Under the pieces are notes generated by a model. The model saw nothing but the letters and a program-made list of their open reading frames with translations. It searched no databases and was not told where the DNA came from. 64,000 nucleotides of DNA from an uncultured Pseudomonadota bacterium (lineage in GTDB: Bacteria > Pseudomonadota > Alphaproteobacteria > RF32 > CAG-239): positions 66,291 to 130,290 of the forward strand of contig CACWUA010000001.1 in assembly GCA_902763905.1 (NCBI GenBank). The letters run 5' to 3'. Below, piece after piece: positions 8,399 to 18,210 of this stretch. The translations under genes and the position numbers were made by a program. How positions within the stretch are numbered: the stretch's first letter is position 1; the number at the start of each line of letters is the position of its first letter.

Positions 8399-10063
8399 AT
8401 GTTTATCAGTTTGAATAAAAAAATTTTATACAGTTTATTTATTTTTACGGTTTTATTGATAATAGTATTTTTTGCCATCTTCATAAACTTCTATAATCAA
8501 AAAATGCAAGATAGCCGAAATTCGGTATATTTACGCAACCAATACGTGGTTGAGTTGCTGATGGACAATATTCAGATGCAAAGCATTATTTCCGAAATTG
8601 CGCAGCGCAATCCGCGCCTGATGCAAAACAAATATTATAATATCAGCGGTGAAAAAATTGATTTGGCTCAGCGTGAGCTGACAAACGAACAAAAATTAAG
8701 TGAAGAATTGCGCAAAAATTATAGCAGCAATCAAGAAGCCGTGACAGTCGGAGCAAAAATCGTCGTAATCGGTTTATCGGTGGTATTATTATTGGTTCTG
8801 ATCATTTTAATATTTCTGGATCGTTGGGTAATACATCCTTTAACCGGACTTATCAATATCAGTAACGAAGTTTCTTCAGGAATTTTCTCGAGCCGTTTGC
8901 CGGAGCATAAACGCCGCCTGTTTCAAGACGAATTTGATATACTTTATAAAACCTTTAACCAAATGTTGGACAGTATTGAAAATAATATTGAAGAAACCAA
9001 AATACGTGAAAGATTTTTGCAGCAGCTTATTGATGCCATCCCCGATGGTATTCGTGTGATAGATACAAATTATAATGTAGTTATGGCCAATGCGGCATTT
9101 TATAAATTGCTTGAATTGAGACAATCCTGCATTGGGCAAAAATGCCATATCGCCTACGGTTATAAATGTGATACTTGTCCGCAAAGCCATTATGATTGCC
9201 CAATAAAATATACCAAGGATAAAGAAGAAGCATTTCATGCTATTCATGAAGTTGGTAAGATGCCGTTGTATGTTAATGCGGCAAAATTGCATTTCGGTAA
9301 AAAGAACAATGAGTACTATATTATTGAAGCTATACACGATTTAAGCCGTGATGTAAGTTTTTCGCATCAGCAGAAAATATCTTCTTTGGCGTTTCTCTCC
9401 ACTTCTTTGGCGCATGAGATGAAAAACAATTTAGGGGCAATTCGCTTGATTTTAGAGGCTGTTTTAAGTGAAGATGAAAACAAAGATATAATTAATGCTG
9501 ACTATAAAAAGTATCTGCAAATGGCTCATAAACAGATGGATGAAGCTATTCAAATACCGGAGAGGTTATTAAAACTTGCACGATATTCGGATAAAGAAAT
9601 AGATACCATAGATGTTGCTGCGGCCGTTAAGGATATTCTTTTGATGGTTGATTATGAAGCTAAACGCTGCGGTATCGAATGTGTGCAAAAAATAGAAAAC
9701 GGTTTAATATTCAGCGGCAATGAAACTGATTTTAAGATGATGCTCTTAAATTTAATTCAGAACGCATTGAAAGCAATGCCTGACGGAGGTATACTTACTG
9801 TTACCGCGGCAAATCAACGCAATAATGCCGTAATCACCATTAGCGATACGGGTATTGGAATCGAGCCGCAAAAATTAAACCGTATTTTTGAGCCTTTTTA
9901 TTCGGCAAACAGCAAAATAAAAAGCTCAGGTTTGGGATTAGCTATTGTCAATAACTTAGTTTCCAAGGCTCATGGTAAGATCACGGTAAAAAGCAACGTC
10001 GGTAAAGGTACGGAGTTTAAAATAAGAATACCGCTTCGCCATGGTAAGCACAAAAAATCATAA
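8399..10063 (+). CDS. Sensor histidine kinase (TM-HAMP-PAS-HisKA-HATPase), no adjacent response regulator
   Basis: Two TM segments and a HAMP-like linker. PAS-like LIDAIPDGIRVIDTNYNVVMANAAF is followed by the Cys cluster CIGQKCHIAYGYKCDTCPQSHYDCP. H-box SLAHEMKNNLGAI. ATPase boxes LIQNALKAMP, DTGIGI, GLGLAIV. Confidence 0.9.
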   Translation: MFISLNKKILYSLFIFTVLLIIVFFAIFINFYNQKMQDSRNSVYLRNQYVVELLMDNIQMQSIISEIAQRNPRLMQNKYYNISGEKIDLAQRELTNEQKLSEELRKNYSSNQEAVTVGAKIVVIGLSVVLLLVLIILIFLDRWVIHPLTGLINISNEVSSGIFSSRLPEHKRRLFQDEFDILYKTFNQMLDSIENNIEETKIRERFLQQLIDAIPDGIRVIDTNYNVVMANAAFYKLLELRQSCIGQKCHIAYGYKCDTCPQSHYDCPIKYTKDKEEAFHAIHEVGKMPLYVNAAKLHFGKKNNEYYIIEAIHDLSRDVSFSHQQKISSLAFLSTSLAHEMKNNLGAIRLILEAVLSEDENKDIINADYKKYLQMAHKQMDEAIQIPERLLKLARYSDKEIDTIDVAAAVKDILLMVDYEAKRCGIECVQKIENGLIFSGNETDFKMMLLNLIQNALKAMPDGGILTVTAANQRNNAVITISDTGIGIEPQKLNRIFEPFYSANSKIKSSGLGLAIVNNLVSKAHGKITVKSNVGKGTEFKIRIPLRHGKHKKS

Positions 10064-11017
10064 AGCACATGGGCCGATAATGTCATTGTCTATGCGTTTT
10101 TCTTCAATTCCGTAAGGGTCTTGATGGATAATGATTTGAGCATTCGGATACATTTGGACTATTTTATGTTCGGCATGTTCGGCTATTTCGTGTGTTTTTA
10201 ACAGTGAAAGCTCGCCGTCAAATTCCAAATGAATCTCAAAAAACAACCTGGAACCGGAAATGCGGGAACGCAAATCATGATATCCTTTTATCCCGTCTAT
10301 CTTAAGAACTTCACGTACGATTACGGCTTTTATTGAATTATCGACTTCTTTGTCGGTAATTTCAGCCAAAGCTTTTTCGGCAATTTTGAAAGCGGTAAAA
10401 ATCAAATAGCACGACACAAGCACGGCAGCCAATATATCAAACCATGTCCAACCTAACCAATGCACTGCCGATAATGAAAATAAAACGGTAATGTTAGCAG
10501 CCAAATCTATAACATAATGAGAACTGTCGGCCTCAATCGCCTGCGAATGAATGCGTCGAATAACATATTTTTGAAACATAATCAAAAGTAGGGTTATCAA
10601 CAAACTTACGGTCATAGTACACACACCGACAAAAGTGTCCGTAAGAATAACCGGATGAAAAAAACGATAGAAGGCATCATATAAAATAAAACAAGCTGAG
10701 CCGCTGATAAAAGCCGCCTGAATAAGTGCACTCACGGATTCCGCTTTGCCGTAACCATAACGATGATCACAGGTCAAAGGCCTGTCCGAATACATTACGG
10801 CTATGAAAGTAATAACGGAAGAAAGTACATCAGCCAAACTGTCCGCCGTTGAAGAAAGTATTGACAGAGAACCGGTGGTAAAAGCTGCCGCGGCTTTTAT
10901 TATGGTTAATAAACAAGCTGTGGCAACACTGGCAGCTGCCGCTGCATGCTTATACTGCGATTCGCTTAAATTTTTATTTGATGATTTCAAGAAGCATCTC
11001 CATTTTATCATTATCAA
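10058..11017 (-). CDS. Cation diffusion facilitator (CDF) family metal efflux transporter
   Basis: Six predicted TM helices plus a cytoplasmic C-domain. TM2 DSLAD and TM5 HYVID (D/HxxxD metal-site motifs). Start may be a few codons downstream, since the ORF overlaps the upstream gene. Confidence 0.8.
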   Translation of the reverse strand: MIMIKWRCFLKSSNKNLSESQYKHAAAAASVATACLLTIIKAAAAFTTGSLSILSSTADSLADVLSSVITFIAVMYSDRPLTCDHRYGYGKAESVSALIQAAFISGSACFILYDAFYRFFHPVILTDTFVGVCTMTVSLLITLLLIMFQKYVIRRIHSQAIEADSSHYVIDLAANITVLFSLSAVHWLGWTWFDILAAVLVSCYLIFTAFKIAEKALAEITDKEVDNSIKAVIVREVLKIDGIKGYHDLRSRISGSRLFFEIHLEFDGELSLLKTHEIAEHAEHKIVQMYPNAQIIIHQDPYGIEEKRIDNDIIGPCAL

Positions 11018-14000
11018 CTACAGCAGCTTTATTACCTAAAAATTGCGCCAACAGTTTCAAGTGCTTATTCGGGTTATTTTTATCAAGGCGATAAGCCACA
11101 TAAGATTTATCCGATGTTTTATAAAATTCAATATCAGCATAATTTCCGCCTTCGATATCTAAATGCAGCGTTTTTTGCGGTGCTATATTCGGCTTATCGG
11201 TTATTTCGGTAAACGGCACATTGAGCAAAACCTTCATCAAATTGGTTAAGTACATATCATCTTCCGGATTTTGGCTGCGATCATAAGGCCTGCCATAACG
11301 CAAATCCCACACATTGGAATAAGTCCATTTATGCCAATCCAAATCCATATCTACAAAATCGGCACTTATTTCCCAAACCTGAAATTGATTGTCAAAACGC
11401 ATATATGCCGCTTTGGCACTGCGCCCGATATCAATATTGATATCTCCGAGCAAAAAGCTGAGAATCAAATCATCACCGTTTTGCAGATTTACGGAAATAA
11501 CGCCGGAATTTTCATCTTCAAGCGGCAACAGATTGAAAAGTGCCAGATTTTCCGCTTTGTTGCTTTTACGTGCAAAATAACGCGCATCTACAAGTGTGGT
11601 CAATAAACGACGAATACGTTCCTGATATACCGGTAAATTAGGCATGCTATCGAGTGTCCAAGCACCGTTATCATAACGAAAACTCAATTCGGTTTTGTTT
11701 GTTTTTAGCACAATATGGTTTACGTTATTCAAATTTTTTGACAGTTCCGGAAATACCTGTTTATTTTCATAAGCATCTATACTGCTGCGATTAACCGCAT
11801 AAATCGAAAGCAATGCCCCTGCAAAAATCAGCAGGCAGATACCGCTCAAAATCAGTAATTGCCGATTAATCTTAAGAGTAAATGAATAAGTTGATTTGTG
11901 TTGCAGCAAACGAACAATCAAAAACAATAGCAAAATAATACCGCCGATTGAAGGCAATAGCCAGATATTGATAAAATTGACACGGGCCGCCACGGTACGG
12001 ATACTCTCATAAGCTCTGGTACGTGCTTCGCTCAACTGTTTTTTATAGTCATTAAGCTGGTTTCTTATTTTGGAGATGGCAGCCATCTCGTCTGCCGTGA
12101 AATTATCACGCCCTTCAAATTCTTTTTTGCCCCAAACTTCCTGAATAGCTTTTTTGGCTGCGTCAATTTGCTCGAAAATTTTTTCTTCTTGCTGTTTGTA
12201 TTGCAATGAATCCAAGCGTCGAATCAGCTCAATATCTTCAAATCTTCGCGCCAGAACACGTTTGCCGCGAAGACCGATAAGTGATTTATCTCCGGTCAGA
12301 TAGTCAAGAGCATTGAGCAAGATATTGGCATTATCAAACACAGATGTAACATATTCGCTGTCAAGCAAATATATTTTATCCATCCAAAATCTGTCGTATA
12401 AAAAATCAGAATCGGTAAAAACAATTACATCGTAAGGATTATCCGGCTCCAGACCGATAATTTCCGCCGCCATAAATTTATTGTTATTATCGGGCTGAAA
12501 ATCTTTCAGCACTTCCTGCGGATTCAAGCCGTCTATAACAACACTTGATGATACCATTGCCGAGATATCTCCGGCTTTGAGCAACGGATAAAAGGCAATT
12601 TTCCCGTCTTTGTATTTTTGTAAATCAGGCATAATTGCCGAAGCGGAAGCCAACATAACCTCTTGCAGATTTTTAGTAATCGGGTGTTTTGGATTCATGG
12701 AGTCCCGATGCAGGCGGAATTGGATTACGTCTTGTGAAAATACAGGATTTTGAGTATAATCCGTCGTAGCATCAACCGTAATTGAATTTTGCAAATCTGC
12801 GACCACAAAATCTTTATAAAATTTAAAATTCCATATTTTTTCAAAAAAGTCGGAGTGCGATGCGGAAAGAAACTGTTGAATCGGAGCATATAATCGAGAG
12901 GCCTCGTTTGCCGGATCAAGTACCAAAACAATTTTTCCTCCCTGATTGGCATAGATTTTAACTTTTTCTAATGTTTCTTCGGTTAAAAATTTCGGATAAA
13001 AAATCAACACGGCGTCAAATTGGTATTTTTCAAAATCCTGAGGTGCGGTGATATGGTGAATACGGTAATCTTTATCCAAAATATTTATAATTTCCCAAGC
13101 GCCGTCCAGCATAATGTTCGGATCATCGGAATTTTTACCGAAAATCGGCAAACTTGTCAATATTCCTAAATTCTTCTTAACTTTGCCGAGCTGATGAATT
13201 TTGGTTGAAATATCCTGTTCCAGACGACCGAATTGATCGGTTGCGAAAAATGCAATAACCTCTTTATTTTGTAAACTATCCTCAAGAGTCATACCGAATA
13301 AGGCGCTCTGATTCAAATCTATCAGCGGAATTGATTGTAAACCATCGGCAATGGCAAGATCTTCTTCTTTGCTTAAGAATTCCGGATAATAAACTTTATA
13401 ATCAAATTTACCGTTGCTGTTACTTTTATATTTATGCAGCAAAATGCGTATATTGTCGAATTGTTCTCGTAAATCTGGGTTGCGTTGTCCTAAAATCGGA
13501 GAAAAATACAGTCTGGCTATAATCGGTTCTTTTATGTTTTGCAAAATATCCACGGTGCTTTGCGTTAAGGTGTAGTTTTTTTCGGCGGTGCCGTCATATT
13601 GAAAGTTTGTTGTAAGATTATTGGCAAGAATATTAATGCCAAAAAATGCAATCAACAGCATCAACCATGCCGAAACCGTATAAATATGGCTGCTCGATTT
13701 GAGCCAGCCTGAAGTGCCGGCGGTTTTGAAATTGATAATCAGTATGGTTGTATAATTACCGAAGATAATCAGCGATAAAAAGAAAATAATATCACGCAGT
13801 TCAAGTAAACCGTGAGTAAGCGTGTCAAAATGCGTTATAAAACTGAAAGAAGCCACAACATCAATCATTGAATCCGGCAGAAACATTCTGAAAAACGACA
13901 ACACGTATTCCATTCCGCTCCAAAAGAACATCAGGTTTGCAATAACCGAAAGTACCAGAGCAATTATCTGATTTTTAGTCAGAGCCGACATAATCTGTGA

Positions 14001-14450
14001 AATTGCCAACATACATCCGGCCAAGATAAAAGCGGCGCAATATCCCATGAAAATTACAAAATTATCGGGAGTACCGAGAGCATTAACCGTAATCCAAAAC
14101 GGAAAAGTGAGTAACAATGCCAAACCGCAAAAAATCCACGCGGCAAGAAATTTGCCCAATACCAAAGCCGTAATTGATATCGGCATTGTTGCAATTTGCA
14201 CAATGGTTTTGGAGTGAAATTCTTCTGACCATAAGCGCATGGAAATACCAGGAATAAACAACAAATACAGCCATGGTATAAAAGCAAACATTGCCAACAA
14301 ATCAGCTTGTCCCCGATTGAAAAAATCACCGAAATAAGTTGTAAAAGATGCGTTCAGCAAAACAAAACAAAACAAATAAACATAAGCGAGAGGCGAAACA
14401 AAATAACGGATAAGCTCATTTTTGGTAACTGTCATAATTTTACTAAGCAT
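10974..14450 (-). CDS. Fusion protein: ABC-2 permease (GldF-like) + GldG-like ABC auxiliary domain + DUF4340-like C-terminus (1158 aa)
   Basis: The N-terminal roughly 240 aa is polytopic and ABC-2-like. The middle carries YTLTQSTVDILQNIKEPIIARLYFSP, typical of the GldG/ABC_transp_aux family, with a second TM anchor (WLLPSIGGIILLLFLIV). The C-terminal third is DUF4340-like. Translationally coupled to the upstream ATPase. Confidence 0.75.
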   Translation of the reverse strand: MLSKIMTVTKNELIRYFVSPLAYVYLFCFVLLNASFTTYFGDFFNRGQADLLAMFAFIPWLYLLFIPGISMRLWSEEFHSKTIVQIATMPISITALVLGKFLAAWIFCGLALLLTFPFWITVNALGTPDNFVIFMGYCAAFILAGCMLAISQIMSALTKNQIIALVLSVIANLMFFWSGMEYVLSFFRMFLPDSMIDVVASFSFITHFDTLTHGLLELRDIIFFLSLIIFGNYTTILIINFKTAGTSGWLKSSSHIYTVSAWLMLLIAFFGINILANNLTTNFQYDGTAEKNYTLTQSTVDILQNIKEPIIARLYFSPILGQRNPDLREQFDNIRILLHKYKSNSNGKFDYKVYYPEFLSKEEDLAIADGLQSIPLIDLNQSALFGMTLEDSLQNKEVIAFFATDQFGRLEQDISTKIHQLGKVKKNLGILTSLPIFGKNSDDPNIMLDGAWEIINILDKDYRIHHITAPQDFEKYQFDAVLIFYPKFLTEETLEKVKIYANQGGKIVLVLDPANEASRLYAPIQQFLSASHSDFFEKIWNFKFYKDFVVADLQNSITVDATTDYTQNPVFSQDVIQFRLHRDSMNPKHPITKNLQEVMLASASAIMPDLQKYKDGKIAFYPLLKAGDISAMVSSSVVIDGLNPQEVLKDFQPDNNNKFMAAEIIGLEPDNPYDVIVFTDSDFLYDRFWMDKIYLLDSEYVTSVFDNANILLNALDYLTGDKSLIGLRGKRVLARRFEDIELIRRLDSLQYKQQEEKIFEQIDAAKKAIQEVWGKKEFEGRDNFTADEMAAISKIRNQLNDYKKQLSEARTRAYESIRTVAARVNFINIWLLPSIGGIILLLFLIVRLLQHKSTYSFTLKINRQLLILSGICLLIFAGALLSIYAVNRSSIDAYENKQVFPELSKNLNNVNHIVLKTNKTELSFRYDNGAWTLDSMPNLPVYQERIRRLLTTLVDARYFARKSNKAENLALFNLLPLEDENSGVISVNLQNGDDLILSFLLGDINIDIGRSAKAAYMRFDNQFQVWEISADFVDMDLDWHKWTYSNVWDLRYGRPYDRSQNPEDDMYLTNLMKVLLNVPFTEITDKPNIAPQKTLHLDIEGGNYADIEFYKTSDKSYVAYRLDKNNPNKHLKLLAQFLGNKAAVVDNDKMEMLLEIIK

Positions 14451-15180
14451 CAGGGTTCTCCTTGTGAGTTAATTTGCGGAAAGCGGCAGCAATAGAACGA
14501 GTTTTTGTTTGTTTTAACAAATCGTTGAGAGTACCATCTGATTTGATTTTTCCCTTGTCCAAAACGATTATACGGTTGCAAATGGACTCCGCTTCTTCCA
14601 ACAGATGAGTAGAAATGATTATGGTTTTATCTTTAGCCATTTTTTTGATAAGAGAGCGGATATAATCTTTTTGGTTTGGATCAAGTCCGTCGGTAGGCTC
14701 GTCCAAAAGCAAAATCGGCGGGTTACTCAAAATACTCTGTGCAAAACCTACGCGGCGCTGATACCCTTTAGACAATGTTTCGATTTTTTGCGCGAATACA
14801 TCGGTTATATTGGCAATTTCTGCTGCTTTTTGCACTGCTTCTTTACCCAAGCCACGCAACTGTGCCATATACGTTAAAAAGCGCTTGACGGTAAGGTCGG
14901 CATAAAGGGGTGCTCCTTCCGGCAAAAAACCGATATGGGCTTTAGCAAAAATCGGATATTGTGCAATATTTTTTCCGAGTACCTTGATTGTACCCGAAGT
15001 CGGAGCCAAATAGCCCGCTATCATATTCATCAGAGTAGATTTACCGGCACCGTTAGGTCCGAGCAAAGCTATTACTTCGCCGACTTCGGCTTTGAAGTTC
15101 AGGTTATCGGAGGCTTGTATCACTCCGTAACTTTTGCACAAATCTTTAACAGTGATTGTCGATTTTTCAGATTTTTTCAT
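14443..15180 (-). CDS. ABC transporter ATP-binding protein (GldA-like)
   Basis: Walker A GPNGAGKST, signature LSKGYQRR, Walker B LLLDEPTDGLD. Overlaps both neighbours. Confidence 0.92.
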   Translation of the reverse strand: MKKSEKSTITVKDLCKSYGVIQASDNLNFKAEVGEVIALLGPNGAGKSTLMNMIAGYLAPTSGTIKVLGKNIAQYPIFAKAHIGFLPEGAPLYADLTVKRFLTYMAQLRGLGKEAVQKAAEIANITDVFAQKIETLSKGYQRRVGFAQSILSNPPILLLDEPTDGLDPNQKDYIRSLIKKMAKDKTIIISTHLLEEAESICNRIIVLDKGKIKSDGTLNDLLKQTKTRSIAAAFRKLTHKENPDA

Positions 15181-16270
15181 ATATTTCTCCTCCGCTCATC
15201 GGCTCAATTACGCCGGTTGTTGTTGGGTAAGTTAAAGACAATCCGTATATGCGTCGCACCGCATTGAAGGCTGTGGCCTGTGCTCCCGCGGCAGTCAATT
15301 CCGGTTCTATTTCAGTTATATTATGCAATGTTCGCGGTGCAAAATTTTGCCGTATCATGCGTAACAGCGTCGGATTTTTACAACCCTCGCCGCCGACATA
15401 GATATTGGAGGGAATTTTAGGCAGAAAGTCAAAAGCGGCCTGATAAATTGCTTCGGCAATAAAAGTGGTTGCGGTGGCAGCGCCATCCTCCAATGACAAA
15501 CCTTCCAGATGTTCTTTTTTGTCGGCAAAGCACATAATATCCAATGCTTTGGGAGGTAATGCTTTCAGTAATTTATGGTGCAATAATGTTTCTATAACAT
15601 GGACATCTGCTTTTCCGGTTATGGCGAGTTTTCCTCCGTAATCGGTCTGCATATTGGCATGACGAAAAGCCCAATCCTCAATCATGGCAACTCCCGGAGC
15701 GCAATCAAAAGCCGCAATTTCTCCGGATTGACCGAGATAAACCATACTGCAAACGGCATCAACTTCAATAAACAACGCAGGTCTTTCAACAGACTGTCCA
15801 AAACTGCTGATAAATGCCGGAATCAACGGAGAAGCCTGCCCTCCGGAAAGTAAATCCGCTCTGTGAAAGTGTGTGATAATCTCGCACTCGGAATTATCCG
15901 CTAAAATATGCCCATCTTCCAGCTGATACGAACATTTTTCTTCGGGATTGCTGAAGATTGTCAACCCGTCAACACCGCAGCAATCGACTTTGATATCGCC
16001 CGCGAAATCTTTTATGCAAGCAGCATAAAACAGACTTATGTCTTCTCGTATCTTCTGCACTTCGGGATTGTTTTTGAGCTCGCTGTAATTCCAACCACGG
16101 TGCGCCGTAAGCTCTCTGATTTTTATACATAATTCTTCCGGATAGTGCACGGTTTGTGTTTTTACAAATTGCTGCACATCGACACCATCGGTGGATATAA
16201 GTGCCAAATCCGCCGTATTCAATGAAGCATTGCCGTAAACACCGAGTGCATTTAAACTTTTTATTATCAT
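15167..16270 (-). CDS. anmK: Anhydro-N-acetylmuramic acid kinase
   Basis: 367 aa. N-terminal GVYGNASLNTADLALISTDG (compare GxMSGTSxDGxD) and C-terminal VGGEGCKNPTLLRMI (compare GGGxxN) fit the AnmK family. Confidence 0.75.
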   Translation of the reverse strand: MIIKSLNALGVYGNASLNTADLALISTDGVDVQQFVKTQTVHYPEELCIKIRELTAHRGWNYSELKNNPEVQKIREDISLFYAACIKDFAGDIKVDCCGVDGLTIFSNPEEKCSYQLEDGHILADNSECEIITHFHRADLLSGGQASPLIPAFISSFGQSVERPALFIEVDAVCSMVYLGQSGEIAAFDCAPGVAMIEDWAFRHANMQTDYGGKLAITGKADVHVIETLLHHKLLKALPPKALDIMCFADKKEHLEGLSLEDGAATATTFIAEAIYQAAFDFLPKIPSNIYVGGEGCKNPTLLRMIRQNFAPRTLHNITEIEPELTAAGAQATAFNAVRRIYGLSLTYPTTTGVIEPMSGGEIYEKI

Positions 16271-16357
16271 TAAAAATTAAATCCTGTTGCAATGGTAAAA
16301 TAATATGCTAGTATACGTTAAAAATTGGTATAAATACGAAAGGACAGAGGATAACCC

Positions 16358-17608
16358 ATGACAAAATTTAAATCGGAATTTTTGAATATTATGCAGGAGC
16401 GCGGTTTTTACAATCAATGCACCAATGAGGAGGGGTTTGATAGCTACCTTTATGAGTGTGAAAAAACAGGCAAACCGGCAGTGGGATATTTAGGTTCCGA
16501 TCCGACCGGCGACAGCTTGCATGTGGGGCATATTGTGCCGCTGATGATGTTGCGTTGGTTTCAAAAATGCGGGCATAAGCCTCTGACTTTGGTGGGCGGA
16601 GCAACCGCGCGTATCGGCGATCCGTCGGGCAAAGATAAGTTGCGCCCGTTTTTGGATGAAGCTACTTTGGCGCACAATGCACAGGGGCTTAAAAAGTCGT
16701 TTTCCAAATTTTTAAAATTCGGTGACGGCCCGACCGATGCTTTGATGGTTGATAACTGGGATTGGTTCAAAAACGTTAATTATCTCGAATTTTTGCGCGA
16801 CATCGGTACTTGTTATTCGGTCAACCGTATGCTGACCATGGATAGTGTAAAAAGCCGCTTGGAACGCGAACAGCCGATGTCGTTTTTGGAATTTAATTAT
16901 ATGCTGTTGCAAGGTTACGACTTCTGCGTTTTGTTGCAAAAATATAATTGTCGCGCGCAAATTGCCGGTGCCGATCAATGGGGCAATATAACCTCCGGAA
17001 CAGAATTGGGACGCCGTCGCTATGATACGGAATTGTTCGGCTTTACCAGCCCGATTATTACCGATTCTGCCGGCAAAAAAATGGGTAAATCCGAAGGTAA
17101 TGCCGTATGGATTAATGAAGATAAACTGCCGTCGTATGACTATTATCAATACTTCCGCAACATCGGTGATGCCGAAGTCGGAAAATGCCTGAGAATATAC
17201 ACCGATTTGCCGATGGATGAAGTTTATCGCTTGGAAAAATTACAGGATAAAGAAATCAACGAAGCCAAAAAGATTCTGGCCTTTGAAGCTACCAAAATTT
17301 GTCGTGGCGAAGCAGAGGCCAAATCGGCGCAGGAAACGGCAATCAAAACTTTTGAACAAGGCACGGCCGGCGATGATTTGCCGACCATCAGTGTGGACTT
17401 AAATGCCGGTATCGGGGTTTTGGATGCCTTTTTGCAAATCGGTTTTGTGGAGAGCAAAGGTGAGGCTCGTCGTCTGATTAAGCAGGCCGGATTAAAGATT
17501 AACGGCAAACCGGTAAGCGATGAGAACTACGTTATTACCGCCGCCGATATGGTTGACGGTGCGGTTAAAATCGCTCAAGGCAAAAAGAAATTCGGACTGA
17601 TTAAATAA
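16358..17608 (+). CDS. tyrS: Tyrosine--tRNA ligase
   Basis: HIGH motif as HVGH, KMSKS motif as KMGKS, GADQWGN block, C-terminal S4-like domain (GEARRLIKQAGLKINGK). Confidence 0.93.
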   Translation: MTKFKSEFLNIMQERGFYNQCTNEEGFDSYLYECEKTGKPAVGYLGSDPTGDSLHVGHIVPLMMLRWFQKCGHKPLTLVGGATARIGDPSGKDKLRPFLDEATLAHNAQGLKKSFSKFLKFGDGPTDALMVDNWDWFKNVNYLEFLRDIGTCYSVNRMLTMDSVKSRLEREQPMSFLEFNYMLLQGYDFCVLLQKYNCRAQIAGADQWGNITSGTELGRRRYDTELFGFTSPIITDSAGKKMGKSEGNAVWINEDKLPSYDYYQYFRNIGDAEVGKCLRIYTDLPMDEVYRLEKLQDKEINEAKKILAFEATKICRGEAEAKSAQETAIKTFEQGTAGDDLPTISVDLNAGIGVLDAFLQIGFVESKGEARRLIKQAGLKINGKPVSDENYVITAADMVDGAVKIAQGKKKFGLIK

Positions 17609-17658
17609 ACGGATTACTATTAAAAATACGCTCGATTAAAAAAAGTGTTGTTTTCCCC

Positions 17659-17770
17659 GTCATACTGAGCCGACAGGCGAAGTATCCGGCAACGCCATCA
17701 GGCGTTGTTTCGTTCTGTCGGAACGAAATGGATTCTTCACGATGACACTAAGTGTCCGTTCAGAATGACG
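17659..17770. repeat. Compound palindromic element (nested inverted repeats) between convergent tyrS and HTH gene
   Basis: Outer arms CGTCATaCTGA / TCAGaATGACG, inner arms CCGACAG / CTGTCGG, internal hairpins AACGCC-atca-GGCGTT and GACACT-a-AGTGTC. No flanking T-run typical of a simple terminator. Confidence 0.55.
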
Positions 17771-17804
17771 TAAAAAAATGCGTTATCCGAGTTTTTTTAT
17801 GACT

Positions 17805-18029
17805 TTATTCAATTACAACTCGAGCTTTTTTACCATAAAATTCCAGCAAACGTCGATAATATCTGAAAGGCATACATTTGCCGTTTTCCATGCGTTTTAA
17901 TACTTTGAGGCTAAGGTTTGTGGCGACTTGCAATTCCTCGATACTGAGTTGATGTTCAATCCTTAACTGTTTAAATTGTGCGCAAATTTCCGTTAAAACT
18001 TCTTTGCTGAGCAGATTATGCGTACTCAT
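17805..18029 (-). CDS. Small XRE-family helix-turn-helix protein (74 aa), paralog 1
   Basis: FKQLRIEHQLSIEELQVATNLSLKVLKRMENGKCMP fits the HTH_3/XRE pattern. AAGGAG RBS 8 nt upstream. 56 of 74 residues identical to ORF 21366..21590 by manual alignment. Confidence 0.85.
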   Translation of the reverse strand: MSTHNLLSKEVLTEICAQFKQLRIEHQLSIEELQVATNLSLKVLKRMENGKCMPFRYYRRLLEFYGKKARVVIE

Positions 18030-18063
18030 TTTTCAGAACTCCTTTTTTTGCAGTTATCAAAAC

Positions 18064-18210
18064 AAAAAGACCACTCAAAAAAGTGGTCGGGAGTTCCTAA
18101 CTGCAAGAAGACAGTCCGGCTTATTCAATATATTCAGCCGGCTCCCCACCAGCGAGGAGTTATTTTCTTCTTGGGAGTTAGGATACTCCGCAGACAATCT
18201 CTTATCTGCG
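18064..18210 (-). ncRNA. Pseudoknotted structured RNA element, copy A (unclassified family), ending in an intrinsic terminator
   Basis: Minus sense: hairpin GCAGA-taagagattg-TCTGC, then a GGAGT...ACTCC helix whose loop (CCTAACT..CAAGAAG) pairs with downstream CTTCTTG..AGTTAGG. GGGGAG...CTCCC encloses hairpin CCGGC-tgaatatattgaataa-GCCGG. Terminator GACCAC-ttttttga-GTGGTC-TTTT. Helices covary with copies B and C. Confidence 0.8.
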
